From Schizochytrium sp. TIO01 (lineage: Eukaryota; Protista; Bigyra: Labyrinthulomycetes), in the NCBI GenBank assembly GCA_004764695.1, contig SMSO01000031.1:6554761-6618760 (forward strand): 64,000 nt of DNA. Reading direction: 5' to 3'. Each line of letters opens with the position of its first letter. The first letter of the stretch is position 1. This document shows positions 34,717 through 46,512 of the stretch, piece after piece. The notes below the pieces were generated by a model. That model worked only from the letters and a program-made list of their open reading frames with translations. It ran no database searches and was not told the origin of the DNA. Both the position numbers and the translations under genes were made by a program.

Positions 34717-37700
34717 TTAGATATAGTGGCGATCCAAGTTGCCCCAGTTCTTTGTTGGGAGGGCATACTGATGTTGACGCAGGATTGGAATTCGCTCATC
34801 AGGATCCCGTGCGTTGAGAGCGCGTTGCAAAAATGAGGTTCTCTCCATTTCAGCTTTCCTTGCAGCAATTTCTCCCAAGCGTATGGGACGCGGTCTGACT
34901 CCAGCATCAGTGTAGCAAACAGCTTGAGAGCGCTCTTGAATATTTGTTGAATAATGCTGTTTAACCAGATGAAGGGCGCCAAGAATCGATCCCCGATCCA
35001 AGATTCTACCCTGAGCAGCGAGAGGCTTTGTAAGTACTATTTGTTGAGTTTGCAGACGTGGTGGTGCCCCTGTAGCTGCACCCGGATTCTTCACTGCGAG
35101 AGCATCCTCCGCTGGAATAGCATCACGCCCGCGCTGGCCTGTTCGGTCTCGTAGTGGTAGTAACAAATGCTTCTTTTGGTGAGAGTTGTCTTTGCTTTCT
35201 TCGAGAGCTGTAAGGGCAGAAATAGATGGCCTCTGCAAAGGACCCCCTTGCCTCTGCACAAATGTTGGGATAAATATTGTTGAGTGGAGGAACGTATCCG
35301 AGCGAGAAATGTGAGAGTCCTGAGACCGAAATTGGGAACGATAGTCTGATACTTGTGTCATTTCTTTTGCTGCATTTTCATCCAGAGCTTGAAGCATGAT
35401 GCGCGCAACTCGCTTTGTAGATACGGATGAAACCGCCGCCAAAGCAAGAGTATGGGAAGCATCTGCAATCGACATGAACTCTCCAGGTCCCAAACGGGAG
35501 ACTTGATTCCAACGTCGGCCTACAATATCATATTCAAAAACACCAACCTCGCCAGTGATGATGAAATGACACCACGAAGGCTCAAAGAACTCAGCAGCCA
35601 ACGAAAAAACAAAGTCTTTGGGGAAATTAGCATACTCCAAATTATACGCCAGAGGAATAACTGCAATCGGATTACCCAGCCCTCTAGTGCAAGACAATTG
35701 TGCAATTCCCATAATATCTTTAATACGGCGCTGCAACTCAGCCTTAGGTACCCCACATTCCTGATAGGATTCTGCTGGAATAAAAAGGACATCTGTGTCA
35801 CTCATAGCAAGGGCATTATAAACCGCTTGCTTGTATACTTTGCCTTCAGGGTCTAGCAGGGAAAGCTCCCCGAGTGCACCCCCAGCTCCAATAGTTCCCA
35901 TAGATCGCGAACTACTTACAGCAAAACGACGAAATATTGGTCCAAAGCGCTCGGGTACAGATACATGAACCTGCCCACGCAAAATTAGATGGAGTCCAGC
36001 AATTGGCTCTCCTTCTCGCCACAAGGACTGACCAGCTTCAAACTGTGCGAGTTCCGCATATTTAAACAATGATTTTTCCCTACGACTGCCAGCTCCAAGA
36101 GCTAATCGTTTGAGGATCGGGTTGCGGGCAAAAAGACTATGTAATACTTGAAGATCTTCATCTGAGCGTTCGTGCGCAGGTGAGTTGAGAATACCATGAA
36201 TGTGTTTTGCAATTCTACTTGTTAATAGCACAGCTCTTGTGTCCTCACCTGCAGCAGAAAATATAGGTTGGACTTTTCCAGACGTCTGGTCTTGCTTGCC
36301 TCCCTTCTTTTTATTTTTCTTCCTCAATTTTTGAGCTAAGCGTTGACGCTCTTTCAAACGCAAGACAACCTCGCTTACAGAGCCTAGTGTTTCGTGAAGT
36401 ATATCTTGCTTAAGACGCTGGATTGCTACCGGCGTGGGCGGACGACTTGCGACATATTCGCGAGTTTTAGCATAAATATCATTGGGTCTTTCATGTATAT
36501 CCTCATCGTTCATACCCTGATCAAAAGTGCTGACTTCTAAAGGTACGATTTGACGTTCTCGAACTATCTGCGGAGGAGGAACTGCAAAGTCTCGAAGTGC
36601 AAAGGCCTCGTATGCAGACTCGAATGTTGTTCGTTTGGCCTTGGGGGTCTCATTATGGGTCTTATTTATTGCGATCTCATTACCTTCGGGAGACACACTC
36701 AAGTCGATGCTTGTGGCGTAGAGACGGCAATTTAGAAGGTCTAAGCTGAAACAGTGAGCTTGCTCTGTTTTTTGAGCTTCGCTATGCTCAGGAGGTACTG
36801 TGTTCAATGTGATTTCCTGCTTTGCGATATTTGTACATAATTGCGACGCTTGTTCGAGCAAAATGTGTCGCAGGTGGGGAACATGTTCTAGAAATGCCAA
36901 ACGGTGCATGTAGAGACATGTCACTTGAGTTTTGGCGATGATGGTTTCATCAGAGCGACGATCTTGTAAAAGAGCTAACTCCCCCCAAAAGGTGCGTTCA
37001 GGCGATGAACGACCTGATGCTGGCTCGTTATTGCTAACTTCCCCAGTGTCTTTCCCGTTGAGCTGTTCTTTCTCCCCGTATTCTTCTTGCAAGGGCTCTA
37101 AGGTTTCATGTTTGGCGAGTGCAGACCCACGAATAAGAGCGAAAAATACCTCTTCGCGTTCACCACGCGTACAAATAATTTCTCCTGGTTCGAATGTAAT
37201 CGTTCTCATCACATGTAAAACTTGCACGTGTTGCATGGGGTTTAAACCTCTCAGCAATGGTATTTTAGATAAAATACTCACTTCACGAGCCTCACGACGA
37301 AGCTCAAGCACCAAGTTTGGATTAATTGAATTACCGAGCACAGAATCGAATTGCTCCCCATCAAGGAATAAACATAGTGCGTCACCTTCAATGATACGAA
37401 CTGTCTCTACTTGCTCTTCTTCTCCTGTGATAACCACGCGTCCACCATAACAAGCTGGTGCTTGGTCAGCACGAATAATTTTTTCCTGACTATGACGGTC
37501 ATCAGAATTACCTCTCAGTGAAAGCAAAGTCTGGCCTGAGCAGAGTACGATGAGTTGTCGAAGTGCATCGCCTTGTTCCAAGAGTGCAGTACCCTCGGGA
37601 ACGATGGCTACATCCGCTGCTTCAGCGAGCTTGGTACGCAAGCGGATTGGGAGTCTGCGGATGAAATAGACTTGTTCGAGAAGTTTTCTCTTCAATTCAA

Positions 37701-37866
37701 CCCGTTCATGGGCACGCTCACGAGCCGAACCTTTCAAATCTTCGTTCTCTTGCTCACCATCTTGCTCAGGCCCAAGAGGAACTTCAGTTTGCGTCCGTAC
37801 TTCCGCTGCTTCTCGAGCAGCTCGGACAAGACGTGCAACCGTCGAGGCTCGCACAACCGAACCCAT
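34717..37866 (-). CDS. Protein with about 4 cyclic-nucleotide-binding (cNMP/CAP_ED) domains
   Basis: 1049-aa ORF with repeated cNMP signatures (PEGTALLEQGD; FEPGEIICTRGE..FWGELALL..RR; FEAGQSLWREGE..LILRGQV..LGELSLL; IITGEVGV..LGPGEF). No kinase or channel domain evident. Confidence 0.8.
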   Translation of the reverse strand: MGSVVRASTVARLVRAAREAAEVRTQTEVPLGPEQDGEQENEDLKGSARERAHERVELKRKLLEQVYFIRRLPIRLRTKLAEAADVAIVPEGTALLEQGDALRQLIVLCSGQTLLSLRGNSDDRHSQEKIIRADQAPACYGGRVVITGEEEQVETVRIIEGDALCLFLDGEQFDSVLGNSINPNLVLELRREAREVSILSKIPLLRGLNPMQHVQVLHVMRTITFEPGEIICTRGEREEVFFALIRGSALAKHETLEPLQEEYGEKEQLNGKDTGEVSNNEPASGRSSPERTFWGELALLQDRRSDETIIAKTQVTCLYMHRLAFLEHVPHLRHILLEQASQLCTNIAKQEITLNTVPPEHSEAQKTEQAHCFSLDLLNCRLYATSIDLSVSPEGNEIAINKTHNETPKAKRTTFESAYEAFALRDFAVPPPQIVRERQIVPLEVSTFDQGMNDEDIHERPNDIYAKTREYVASRPPTPVAIQRLKQDILHETLGSVSEVVLRLKERQRLAQKLRKKNKKKGGKQDQTSGKVQPIFSAAGEDTRAVLLTSRIAKHIHGILNSPAHERSDEDLQVLHSLFARNPILKRLALGAGSRREKSLFKYAELAQFEAGQSLWREGEPIAGLHLILRGQVHVSVPERFGPIFRRFAVSSSRSMGTIGAGGALGELSLLDPEGKVYKQAVYNALAMSDTDVLFIPAESYQECGVPKAELQRRIKDIMGIAQLSCTRGLGNPIAVIPLAYNLEYANFPKDFVFSLAAEFFEPSWCHFIITGEVGVFEYDIVGRRWNQVSRLGPGEFMSIADASHTLALAAVSSVSTKRVARIMLQALDENAAKEMTQVSDYRSQFRSQDSHISRSDTFLHSTIFIPTFVQRQGGPLQRPSISALTALEESKDNSHQKKHLLLPLRDRTGQRGRDAIPAEDALAVKNPGAATGAPPRLQTQQIVLTKPLAAQGRILDRGSILGALHLVKQHYSTNIQERSQAVCYTDAGVRPRPIRLGEIAARKAEMERTSFLQRALNARDPDERIPILRQHQYALPTKNWGNLDRHYI

Positions 37867-40800
37867 GACCTTTCAGCTTTGTTAGGCCGAAATTATGCAC
37901 AACTCTCAATACTTCATGCAGAGCTACTACTTTCGAAAGTTAATTTTGGACGAGCTGCGTCGCTTTATATTAATACATGAAATGGCAAAATATGAGCAAC
38001 TTAATTGAAGTCCTTGCGAATGTATTCAAGAGAAGCAGCTCATTTGCAAATGAGACAATTGAATATATCAGACTTCACTATATAAAGCGCTCTCAATTAA
38101 CATAAATTATTGTGTCACAGACGCGTTGTTACCCATTTTTATTTTTTCAATTATGAGAACACGGTTGATATGTGCGCATCATTTGCATAATTCTTGGTGT
38201 TTCTGAATATCCAATAGCTTCCTTCTCAGCGTAAAATAGAGACCCCTAGATATTTGTACCCTCTATGCGTCAAAGTATTGAGGGGTGCCTTGTAGATGTC
38301 CATGCTTTTGAATGGCAGGGTTCACAGCAAAGCTTAAGTTCAGAACTTCGTCTCCATAACAAGTTATGATTCGCTTGTAGAAGAGGTGTGCGCCTTCTAT
38401 TCAACGCCTCTATGGTCGCCTCGCAAAGTATTCTATAGAATACACCCCAAAGTTCTCTTCTTTAATCAATATAGGTAGTTAATCGACTGATAGCCGGAGA
38501 AATCATACAAGGGGGGTATATTGTAGTTCTTTCTATTCGGCGCGGAGACGGTCCCACGGTGTGTGTTAGCGGCGACGACATTCATGAACTCAAGCAGATG
38601 TTTCAAAAAATATTGAAGTTATACCTAAGCATCTTAACAACTCCTAGCTCGATTTCTTTATTTGTATTTTTGATAACCTTGACGGAATAATTTCTAACAT
38701 CCAATAAATATCTGCAGAGTAACACCGAGGCATGCCTCGTTCTTCAAAGGCTCTTGATTTGGTCGCCATTTTCGATTTCGCTCTGTCTTTTCTGATTCAT
38801 CACTTCTTCAAATTGTGTTTTTTTTTTGAAATAGATCAACTTCAACGTGAATTCTTTTTATTATTTTATATTCTATGTTTTCCCCCCATGCTTTTTAAAG
38901 TTAAAAGTTAAAAATGAAAATAGAGTTTAATGTATATATTTACTATGATAACAGAAAGAAAGTAAGAAATATCGCATTCGATAATCTTCAAGATATAATA
39001 TCAATTACTATTAGCACCCTACGGATTTTCTTTCACTTCCTTGAAAAAACTAAAATTAAAACATTTTCACAAACGATACTACAGCTACAGAACACGAGCG
39101 CGGCGCGCGCCAAATGTCACGCTTTTGACGGCCTCCTACCGTGTATTTGTTTGATTGTTATCAAAACTGTCACATACTGCAGACCTTGCACGAGTGGTGC
39201 TATTCAAGCTCAACGTCTCGCGCCAGATCTCACAGGAGCCTCTTCGACCCCGCAACGAGTGCCTTGCCTTATCAACGTTGTTTTACTTACTCAACTCCCA
39301 TCACGATGAGCTCGAAGAGAGAAGAATGAAGAAGCAAACCCCTACTACGACCCTACCGTAATCTGTAGGAGTACGCTACTGTGGCTGAGGCAGCCATCTT
39401 GGAGTGTGTGTGCACGCGCTGTCCTTCTCGCACAGCACCGCTGACGGCACCGTTGTTGGACGATCTGCGAAGAGCGCCATTGGCAGGCAGATCCTACTAG
39501 CAGCTGCCTGGGTACCCACCCGCTCAGGGCGCTGAGCAAGAAAGAGAGGACGCGGTTGGTCGCGTTATTTGTTACGGGCTGCGAGACTCTTTTGGCTCGG
39601 TCTCTGGCAGACTGCGTGGGTTTTGGGCTTGCCCATTTTGAGGTTTGGAGCAGGGCAAATACTGCGATTCCTGGATGATCAGTTAAACACAATGAGAACA
39701 CGACGATGGCAGGCAGCTGCAGCTTGGCCCACTCGGGACCTTCACGACCCTCTGGCCTCCAATCTGGAGCAGCTTGAGGGATGGCCAGGTATTCCCTTCT
39801 CTGGCTGGATGAAGATGGGCGTGTAAAGAGCGGTATTTCGCCAGCTCAAGCACCGTTGAGTTGGTAGGACTTTGGGGTGAGTGACGTGTCGGAAGAATGA
39901 AGCGCGTGCAGCGCTTGCGGCGCTTGCAGGTTTTGGAGTTCTGAGAGATTCTCGCGACAAAGTTGTTGTTATTTCTTTCTTGCTACCTACCTATCTATGT
40001 CTTGGCAGCAGTGGATAAATAGAAAGTACGATCACCAGTCAGTCCTTGGTAAGGTTGTTGTCTCCAGCTTGTAAATCTGCCACCTCTCTCGACTGCCTAT
40101 TTGATGGTGAGAGAGGTTTCTGTTTCGAGCCGAGCCCATTTTGGATAAACTCGTGAGCGCATTGCAGCGAGATGATCATCACTTGAATGTCTATTCTATC
40201 TTGAAGCACTACCGCTGCAAATCCTCCCTGCGCTTTTCTGTCAGGCCCCAAGCTGACTAGCTAGTTAGGTATGTAGATAGATTAGCTGTCTACATTGTTC
40301 TTCTCCAGTTCAGCTTGAGCTCCAATTCACTTTCCATAAGTTCGACGGTCGTCCGCTTCTCCAGAACCTTCAAGTTTATCAATTGAACCTGGAGCACTCC
40401 TCGGCCTGGAGCTCACCCACGTCCACGCCATTGTCGCCTTGGTGCCGGTGGAGCAGCTAAGTTCTCGATACGCCCTGGAGCCCAAGGCACGACTGCCGTT
40501 GATGCAGCATAGTTAGTTGTATACTTTTCCAATTGAACTGCGCTTGGGGCAGCTAGCTAGAGACAGCGCGAGTCAGTAATTCGTATGTGCAGGAAGAAGT
40601 GCGCAAGCCCAGATAGATGGAGAAGGAAGGCACTTTTCCTAGAGCGTGAAAACCGGCATCGTGAGCATCGCAGTAAAGTCCATCCACCGCGTTCATGACG
40701 ACCGAGAAGGCCCTGTCAAGATGACGATGGTCTTGCCGAAGAGGTTGGTTCTTGGAGATGAAGGAATGAATGCATATGTAGATTCATAAAAGAGCGACTA

Positions 40801-42230
40801 TGTTCAGAACTCCTACTTACTACCTACCAAGCATTCTGCTAATTCTTTCTTTTTAATTTAAAAACGAGGATGGTTGAAATTGATATTGCAATTGAACGCT
40901 GTTAAAGCTTTTAAAATCAAATACAGTGTTAAATGTCTATCATCGTTGTGACGATGGAAAGCTTTTTTATAAATCTAACTTTTTAAATCATTATTATTAT
41001 ATTATTTTAAAAAAGTATTTTTAAAAAAATAAAAGATGATCGGATGTTGGTTTATAAAGATGGAGCGCAGACGAAAACCCAAGAGGCTCGCAGCTTGGCA
41101 TCTTAAGAGCAGCTTCTGAGTAAGCGAACTCTCTGAATGATCGATGGGCCTGTGCAAATGTGACAACCTCATATTGGAGGCAGGCACGCGAACATCAGCA
41201 AACGACTAGGCGGTCAGCACGGGCACCGCAGCGGGCGCAAGGATCATCGGCGTCGAACAAGAATCCATTTTGGGAAACATTTTTTTAATTTTTTTTTCTC
41301 ATGTACTTTGTGTTGTCTGAGGTACCATTGTTCGTCTGTAAGTAAAAGAGCGATGACATGCACAGATTGCGGCTCCTTTCCACAGTTTGGGCATGCTGAA
41401 GACGTCAATACCGCCCAAGAACGTGAAGCAAAGGTGCTCAGGCTCGCTTATCAACAAAACTGAACACGAACACATGGCTCTGAGTGTGGTCGATTGAATT
41501 ACAGCTTTACAGCTGCAGCTTAAGGGGTTCTTGGGCAGCCTGGTTATCCCCGATATTTATTTGCAAGCAAGACGATCAATCTGTACAGAATATTTGCAGA
41601 CTAGCTAATCTGCTGCCACAGAATGCGCCGCGCAACGAGAGACACGCCTTCAGGCTGGCATGAATTTAAGTGGCCGAGTCTCTGCGGATCCCTTTTATGT
41701 TTGCTCGTGTGACAGGCTTTGCCTCAGTTTTAGAACCCTCGCTCCGTTGCGATTGCCCTTCAGACTTGGCGGAGAACTGAATGCGAGAACCAGAATCTGC
41801 AATGCAGTTGACGAAGAATCAAAACGCACATGCGTCAGTTCTTAAAATTCGTACTCGAGGACGCACCAGAGCACATTTATGCTGGTTACATACATGCGGT
41901 CTGAGCTGCTCTGATGTCCATGAGCTGGTGTTTGCATAGGCAAAGAGCGACGACATCACCGTCAGCGCACGTCTTCTTTCACAACTTGAATTAGCAACAG
42001 TGATTGATGCATTTCGACGTCTTCGTTGGTTTGGCCTTCATCTCCAAGTGACGGGTATCTCCGCGAGTTATGGTGCGCTCGCTATCTGCGACTGTAGCGG
42101 AACAGCGAAGAAGTCCTTCAGAATGCTAACGCGAAGTTTGAGCCATCGGGAAAACTATTTGGAGGCAGAGGAAGCAGGAAGAAAGAAGGCTTTAAAAGCG
42201 TGGCCGATGTTGTGTGCGAAGCGACTGTGT

Positions 42231-42642
42231 GAACAAACAAACAAACAAACAAACAAAGAAATTGATAAACAAATTAATGAACAAATTAATTAATTACTTT
42301 CTGCAGTGGGAAATAGTGCGATGAACAAAGAGCGCAGCACAAGAAGAAGAGCTCTTGCAGATTGCAGACGCTGCTGTGATGAGGCAGAGAGGTTGCAGAA
42401 AAGTGCGACCGTCGGCGCCAAGGATGCTCGTAGAAGAAGGAGGTTTTGTTCTACTCACGCACAGAGCGATCGAATTGCAACCAGCAGCTAATACTACTTT
42501 CGTCGTACATATCGAAAGAATGACCTTTTCTTGTTTTGTTATTTATAACTAAACAACGGAGAACAACATTAAGGTTTCTTAAATCTACGTACTTACTTAC
42601 TTACTTACTTATCAATTTATTTATTTATTTATTTATTTATTA
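42231..42642. repeat. (AAAC)n tract at about 42231-42257 and (ACTT)n/(ATTT)n tracts at about 42590-42642
   Basis: Direct read. Confidence 0.85.
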
Positions 42643-43334
42643 TTACACATTTCTTTTTTAATTTCTAATATTTCTTTTTAAGCCAAATAAAGTTCATCGA
42701 CCATTTCACTGTCGAGTTCAATCAAATTCCATTCCTCTTGAGCCTTTGCGGTCGCGCTTGGAGTCGCGGCTGCGGCGTGGCGATACGGAGGTAGCGTGGT
42801 CGCATCGAAACAGGCTCACTGTATCCTGCAGAGGGAGACCTGCCTTTTTCTCGTCGCAGACGGCCTCCGGCGTGGAGCGGTACACTCGATCGAATCGCCC
42901 CATTGGATTTTGTTTGTTTGTTTGCTTTACAAACATATAAATAAATACAAGGCGGCGCGTGCACTCTTCGAGAGGGCGCTGCGAGACTCTTTAGTTTGTA
43001 AAGACGCGGTCTCAAAGCCCATTCTAATACCTGCTTGTGAGGCGCCAGGTCCTGCGACGCCGCAAAGTAACCGGGTCTCCTTTAGGGTCGCTTGTCGGAG
43101 ATAACGCAAGTTTCGACTCCGGCACCCCTTTCCTGAAAATAGAAGGAAACATACAAATATCACATTATTAGCGCCATTGAAGAGATCCTCAGCAAGGGCT
43201 GTTGCTGAAGGCGCCTTACCTCCTGTCGCTCAAGACACGAGCGAAATTCTGTCCTTTTGACAGAAATATATTGTTGATAGAAATTTCATCTAGCCTGCTT
43301 CTTTTAGACGAAAGTTGTTGTCTGGTCTGTGAAA

Positions 43335-45806
43335 ATGCCAGTCTTAGACGAGGCTACAACTGCTGCTCTGCACGAACCTGTGTTCCAAAGCGGAAAGGAG
43401 GACCGCCATAAGAGCCTCTCAGGCCGCCCAAGCAAAGAAGGTCTCCCTCCTGGATGGTACAAAGGTGTAGACCCCAAGTACAAGAGACCGTACTACTTTA
43501 ACAAAAAGACACGTCGAAGCACTTGGACAAAACCGGCCTCAGATGGCCCAATCAGTCTCCTCGGACCTCGAGAGGAGCAGCCCGTGCACGAACCCGATGC
43601 TGAGTCTGGACCGTCCACGGTCTCTAGTATGCACACAAATAACGAGCAACCTCGACTTTCCAAATCTTCCATGACCAAGTCTGAAGGCCATCTACCTTCT
43701 CATCACCCTGCCGCGTCGTCTTCGTCTCCCACTCAATATGAGCGAAATTCACATGAATTTGCCATGACTACCGCCCCGGTGATTGAACCTCCCAAAGTTC
43801 CAACCTCAGCATACTTAGAAAAACGCAGTTCATCAGGTAAATCTCGGGCAACATGGATCGAAGTTTACTCACCGCAACATCGCCGTACATACTTTTTCAA
43901 TCGTCGCACAAAGGAATCTCGTTGGACAAAGCCCCCTGAACTCCTAGATTCTGATCGTGTTCTTGATGTTAGCGAGCATGCTCACCCTCCTGGGCAAGAC
44001 GATAACCACTTGCAGCGGCATAACAGCAACGGCAACAAAAGCATCACCGTCAATGACTGTGACAGAACTTCGACAAGCTCTGGTGGTACAGTTTCGGCTA
44101 CAGGTGAGGTTCCTGCGTTACGCACAGCCTGGAGCGAGATTGAAGAAGCACGGCGGCAACTGCAACAGGAGCGCGAGCAGCATATGATGCGTCTCAAGTC
44201 AGAATGGAAAGTTCTACAATCACAAATCCAAGAACTTCGTGAACTTACCTTGCAATCTAGCTTTGCCCCGGTTTCTCACCCGAAGGACTCCATGGGTTCG
44301 CATGCTGAAATCAGGCCGCAAGAGGAGAAGGAAGATGCTCCATTAAACATTGCTCCTGCCCCATCGACCACGGATGGTGTTTCCTCATCTGCGCCAGCAG
44401 CAGCCTTTGATGGACCGATGGGTTTTGTCATGATGGAACCCCTTGAGACGAAAGATGTACCTTTGGACACAAATCCAGCAGAGTCTGCTAAAAGCTTCAT
44501 GTCTTCTTCCACAGCAGCTTCAGCCGCAACTGGTGCTACTTCTTCCTCACGTCGAGCTTCCGCATTCTTTGGACAAAATGACATGCTTGATGGCCTGCAC
44601 AGTGGTGCTGACGGCGTGAATGGAGCAGGCGGTGGATCTTATACTGCTGGGTTGCTTTCTGAGCTCGAAGAATATGCTGACAGTCTTATGGAGCGTCGAC
44701 AAAGTATTCATCGTCTTCAAGGGCGTGCTCGTGGCTCTTCAGAGGACTCTGACTTTGACAAAGACGCATATATTGCAGAGGTTTTACAGAGCCTGGGTGG
44801 TAACGAAGAACCTTCTCGCTCTTCAGAAAGGAAATTCAGACCTGGTGCCGCTGTTCGTGAGAACGGAGCCAACTCAGACACTGTTATTCCGTACGGCATT
44901 GAAGAAGAAGAAAAAGATGTCGACGAGCAGCTTAAGGGTGTGCAAGCTGAGGCCGAAGCCGTCGATAAGGCTCATAGACAGGTTCGGGAACTTGAGGAAG
45001 GTTGCTACTACAAATTGCTTGAGGTTGAGCCTGATGCTTCCCCAATTCAGCTCAAGAAAGCGTACCACAAGTCAATGATGAAGTATCACCCTGATAAGTT
45101 CCAGGGTAGCGAGGAGGAGAAGGAGGAGGCCCAAAAGCGCTCTGCGCAGATCGGCCAGGCATACCAGTGCCTCTCTGATCCTTGGGAACGTAAGCTCTAT
45201 GATCGCATGGGCTTGCAGCAATACTCTGTACATGCCTCTGTTGTGCAGAGTTTTATCAACTTTATTGTCTCTGGAACCTCAATTCGCAAACATCCTCACT
45301 CTCGAAAGCGCTATGGCTGGAAATTCCTCGACCGCCAATTCGTCCATCGTCGTCAATTCTGGCTCAGCACTGACCATGAATGGCTCAACATTGCCAAAAA
45401 GCGCAACTTGGAACCCTCGGAGGCTGATCTCGAACATATGAAGCGTATTAATGTCAAGGATGTGATCAAGATCACCAAGGGCATTCAGACAGAAACTCTT
45501 GAGGCCACTGGAAAGCACCGCCAAGAACATAGATATCTCAGCATCCATACTAATGAGCGTTCTTATGATCTAGAGGCCCCAGACCATCGCCAGCGAGAGT
45601 TTCTTTTCTCAAGACTCACACTTCTTGTCATCCATTTGCAAAAGAACGAAGAATGGTTCGAACAATTTTATGCTGAACGCAACCCGAAGAAGAAAAAGAC
45701 TCGCAAGCGGCAGAAGAACCACAAGAGCATGGGATCTACGCCTTCTCGCCGTGATTCTGGTGCCCAGGCACAAGGACCTCGTCGTGCGACGGGTTCATGG
45801 AGCTAG
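43335..45806 (+). CDS. WW-WW-coiled coil-DnaJ(HPD)-PH-like protein
   Basis: LPPGWYKGVDPKYKRPYYFNKKTRRSTWTKP and WIEVYSPQHRRTYFFNRRTKESRWTKP (WW). CYYKLLEV..KYHPDKF..AYQCLSDPWERKLYD (J). INVKDVIKITKGIQT..YLSIHTNERSYDLEA (PLC/Mcp5-type PH). Basic C-terminal tail. Confidence 0.88.
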   Translation: MPVLDEATTAALHEPVFQSGKEDRHKSLSGRPSKEGLPPGWYKGVDPKYKRPYYFNKKTRRSTWTKPASDGPISLLGPREEQPVHEPDAESGPSTVSSMHTNNEQPRLSKSSMTKSEGHLPSHHPAASSSSPTQYERNSHEFAMTTAPVIEPPKVPTSAYLEKRSSSGKSRATWIEVYSPQHRRTYFFNRRTKESRWTKPPELLDSDRVLDVSEHAHPPGQDDNHLQRHNSNGNKSITVNDCDRTSTSSGGTVSATGEVPALRTAWSEIEEARRQLQQEREQHMMRLKSEWKVLQSQIQELRELTLQSSFAPVSHPKDSMGSHAEIRPQEEKEDAPLNIAPAPSTTDGVSSSAPAAAFDGPMGFVMMEPLETKDVPLDTNPAESAKSFMSSSTAASAATGATSSSRRASAFFGQNDMLDGLHSGADGVNGAGGGSYTAGLLSELEEYADSLMERRQSIHRLQGRARGSSEDSDFDKDAYIAEVLQSLGGNEEPSRSSERKFRPGAAVRENGANSDTVIPYGIEEEEKDVDEQLKGVQAEAEAVDKAHRQVRELEEGCYYKLLEVEPDASPIQLKKAYHKSMMKYHPDKFQGSEEEKEEAQKRSAQIGQAYQCLSDPWERKLYDRMGLQQYSVHASVVQSFINFIVSGTSIRKHPHSRKRYGWKFLDRQFVHRRQFWLSTDHEWLNIAKKRNLEPSEADLEHMKRINVKDVIKITKGIQTETLEATGKHRQEHRYLSIHTNERSYDLEAPDHRQREFLFSRLTLLVIHLQKNEEWFEQFYAERNPKKKKTRKRQKNHKSMGSTPSRRDSGAQAQGPRRATGSWS

Positions 45807-46512
45807 AGTTTTTCGTAGCATCGCACCTCTTTGCAATTATAAGTTCGAAGCAATGCAAAATTAGGACAACGTGCTTGTACAAGCTTGATTTCGCATTACC
45901 GTGTGTAATCAATCTTACAGCGTAGTCTGCAGAAACTACAGCACATGACATGTATGGCTTGCAAAGACTCATATTCCAAATTGGGAATGCATATGCATGT
46001 CTGCTATCTATACCCTCATAGTTCGCTAGTTTGTCTATTTCATCAAACTGTCACTCATCTGCTTCCTGTCTAAAACAGCTGGCACGACCTTGTGATCTGT
46101 GTATCACAGTTTATACATCTCTGAATACATACTACCTACTACTCTACTATCATATAATTTTCTAATTGTTGAAAATTCTCTTTCTCAAATTTTTGTCAGA
46201 CTCCATGCATGAACTCCTGTTACATGCAAAAACGAATGTATGCTATTTAGATGCAACATTGCTCGCTCCGAAAGGCTATATTTATTTCATTCGAAACTAA
46301 ATTAATCATTTGATAATAATAATAATAATGATAATAATAAATGAAACTAAACGAAACTAAGAAGTTGTGGGTATCCAAAAGCTCAACAAAACTAGTACTC
46401 TAGGAGGCGCTCCCTACAGCTTGCAGAAGGACGCAGCCTTCCGGTGTAAACTTGAGACATTAGCTTGAGCTACGTCACACATTATATTAAACAAAATCTG
46501 AAGAGTGTAGCA

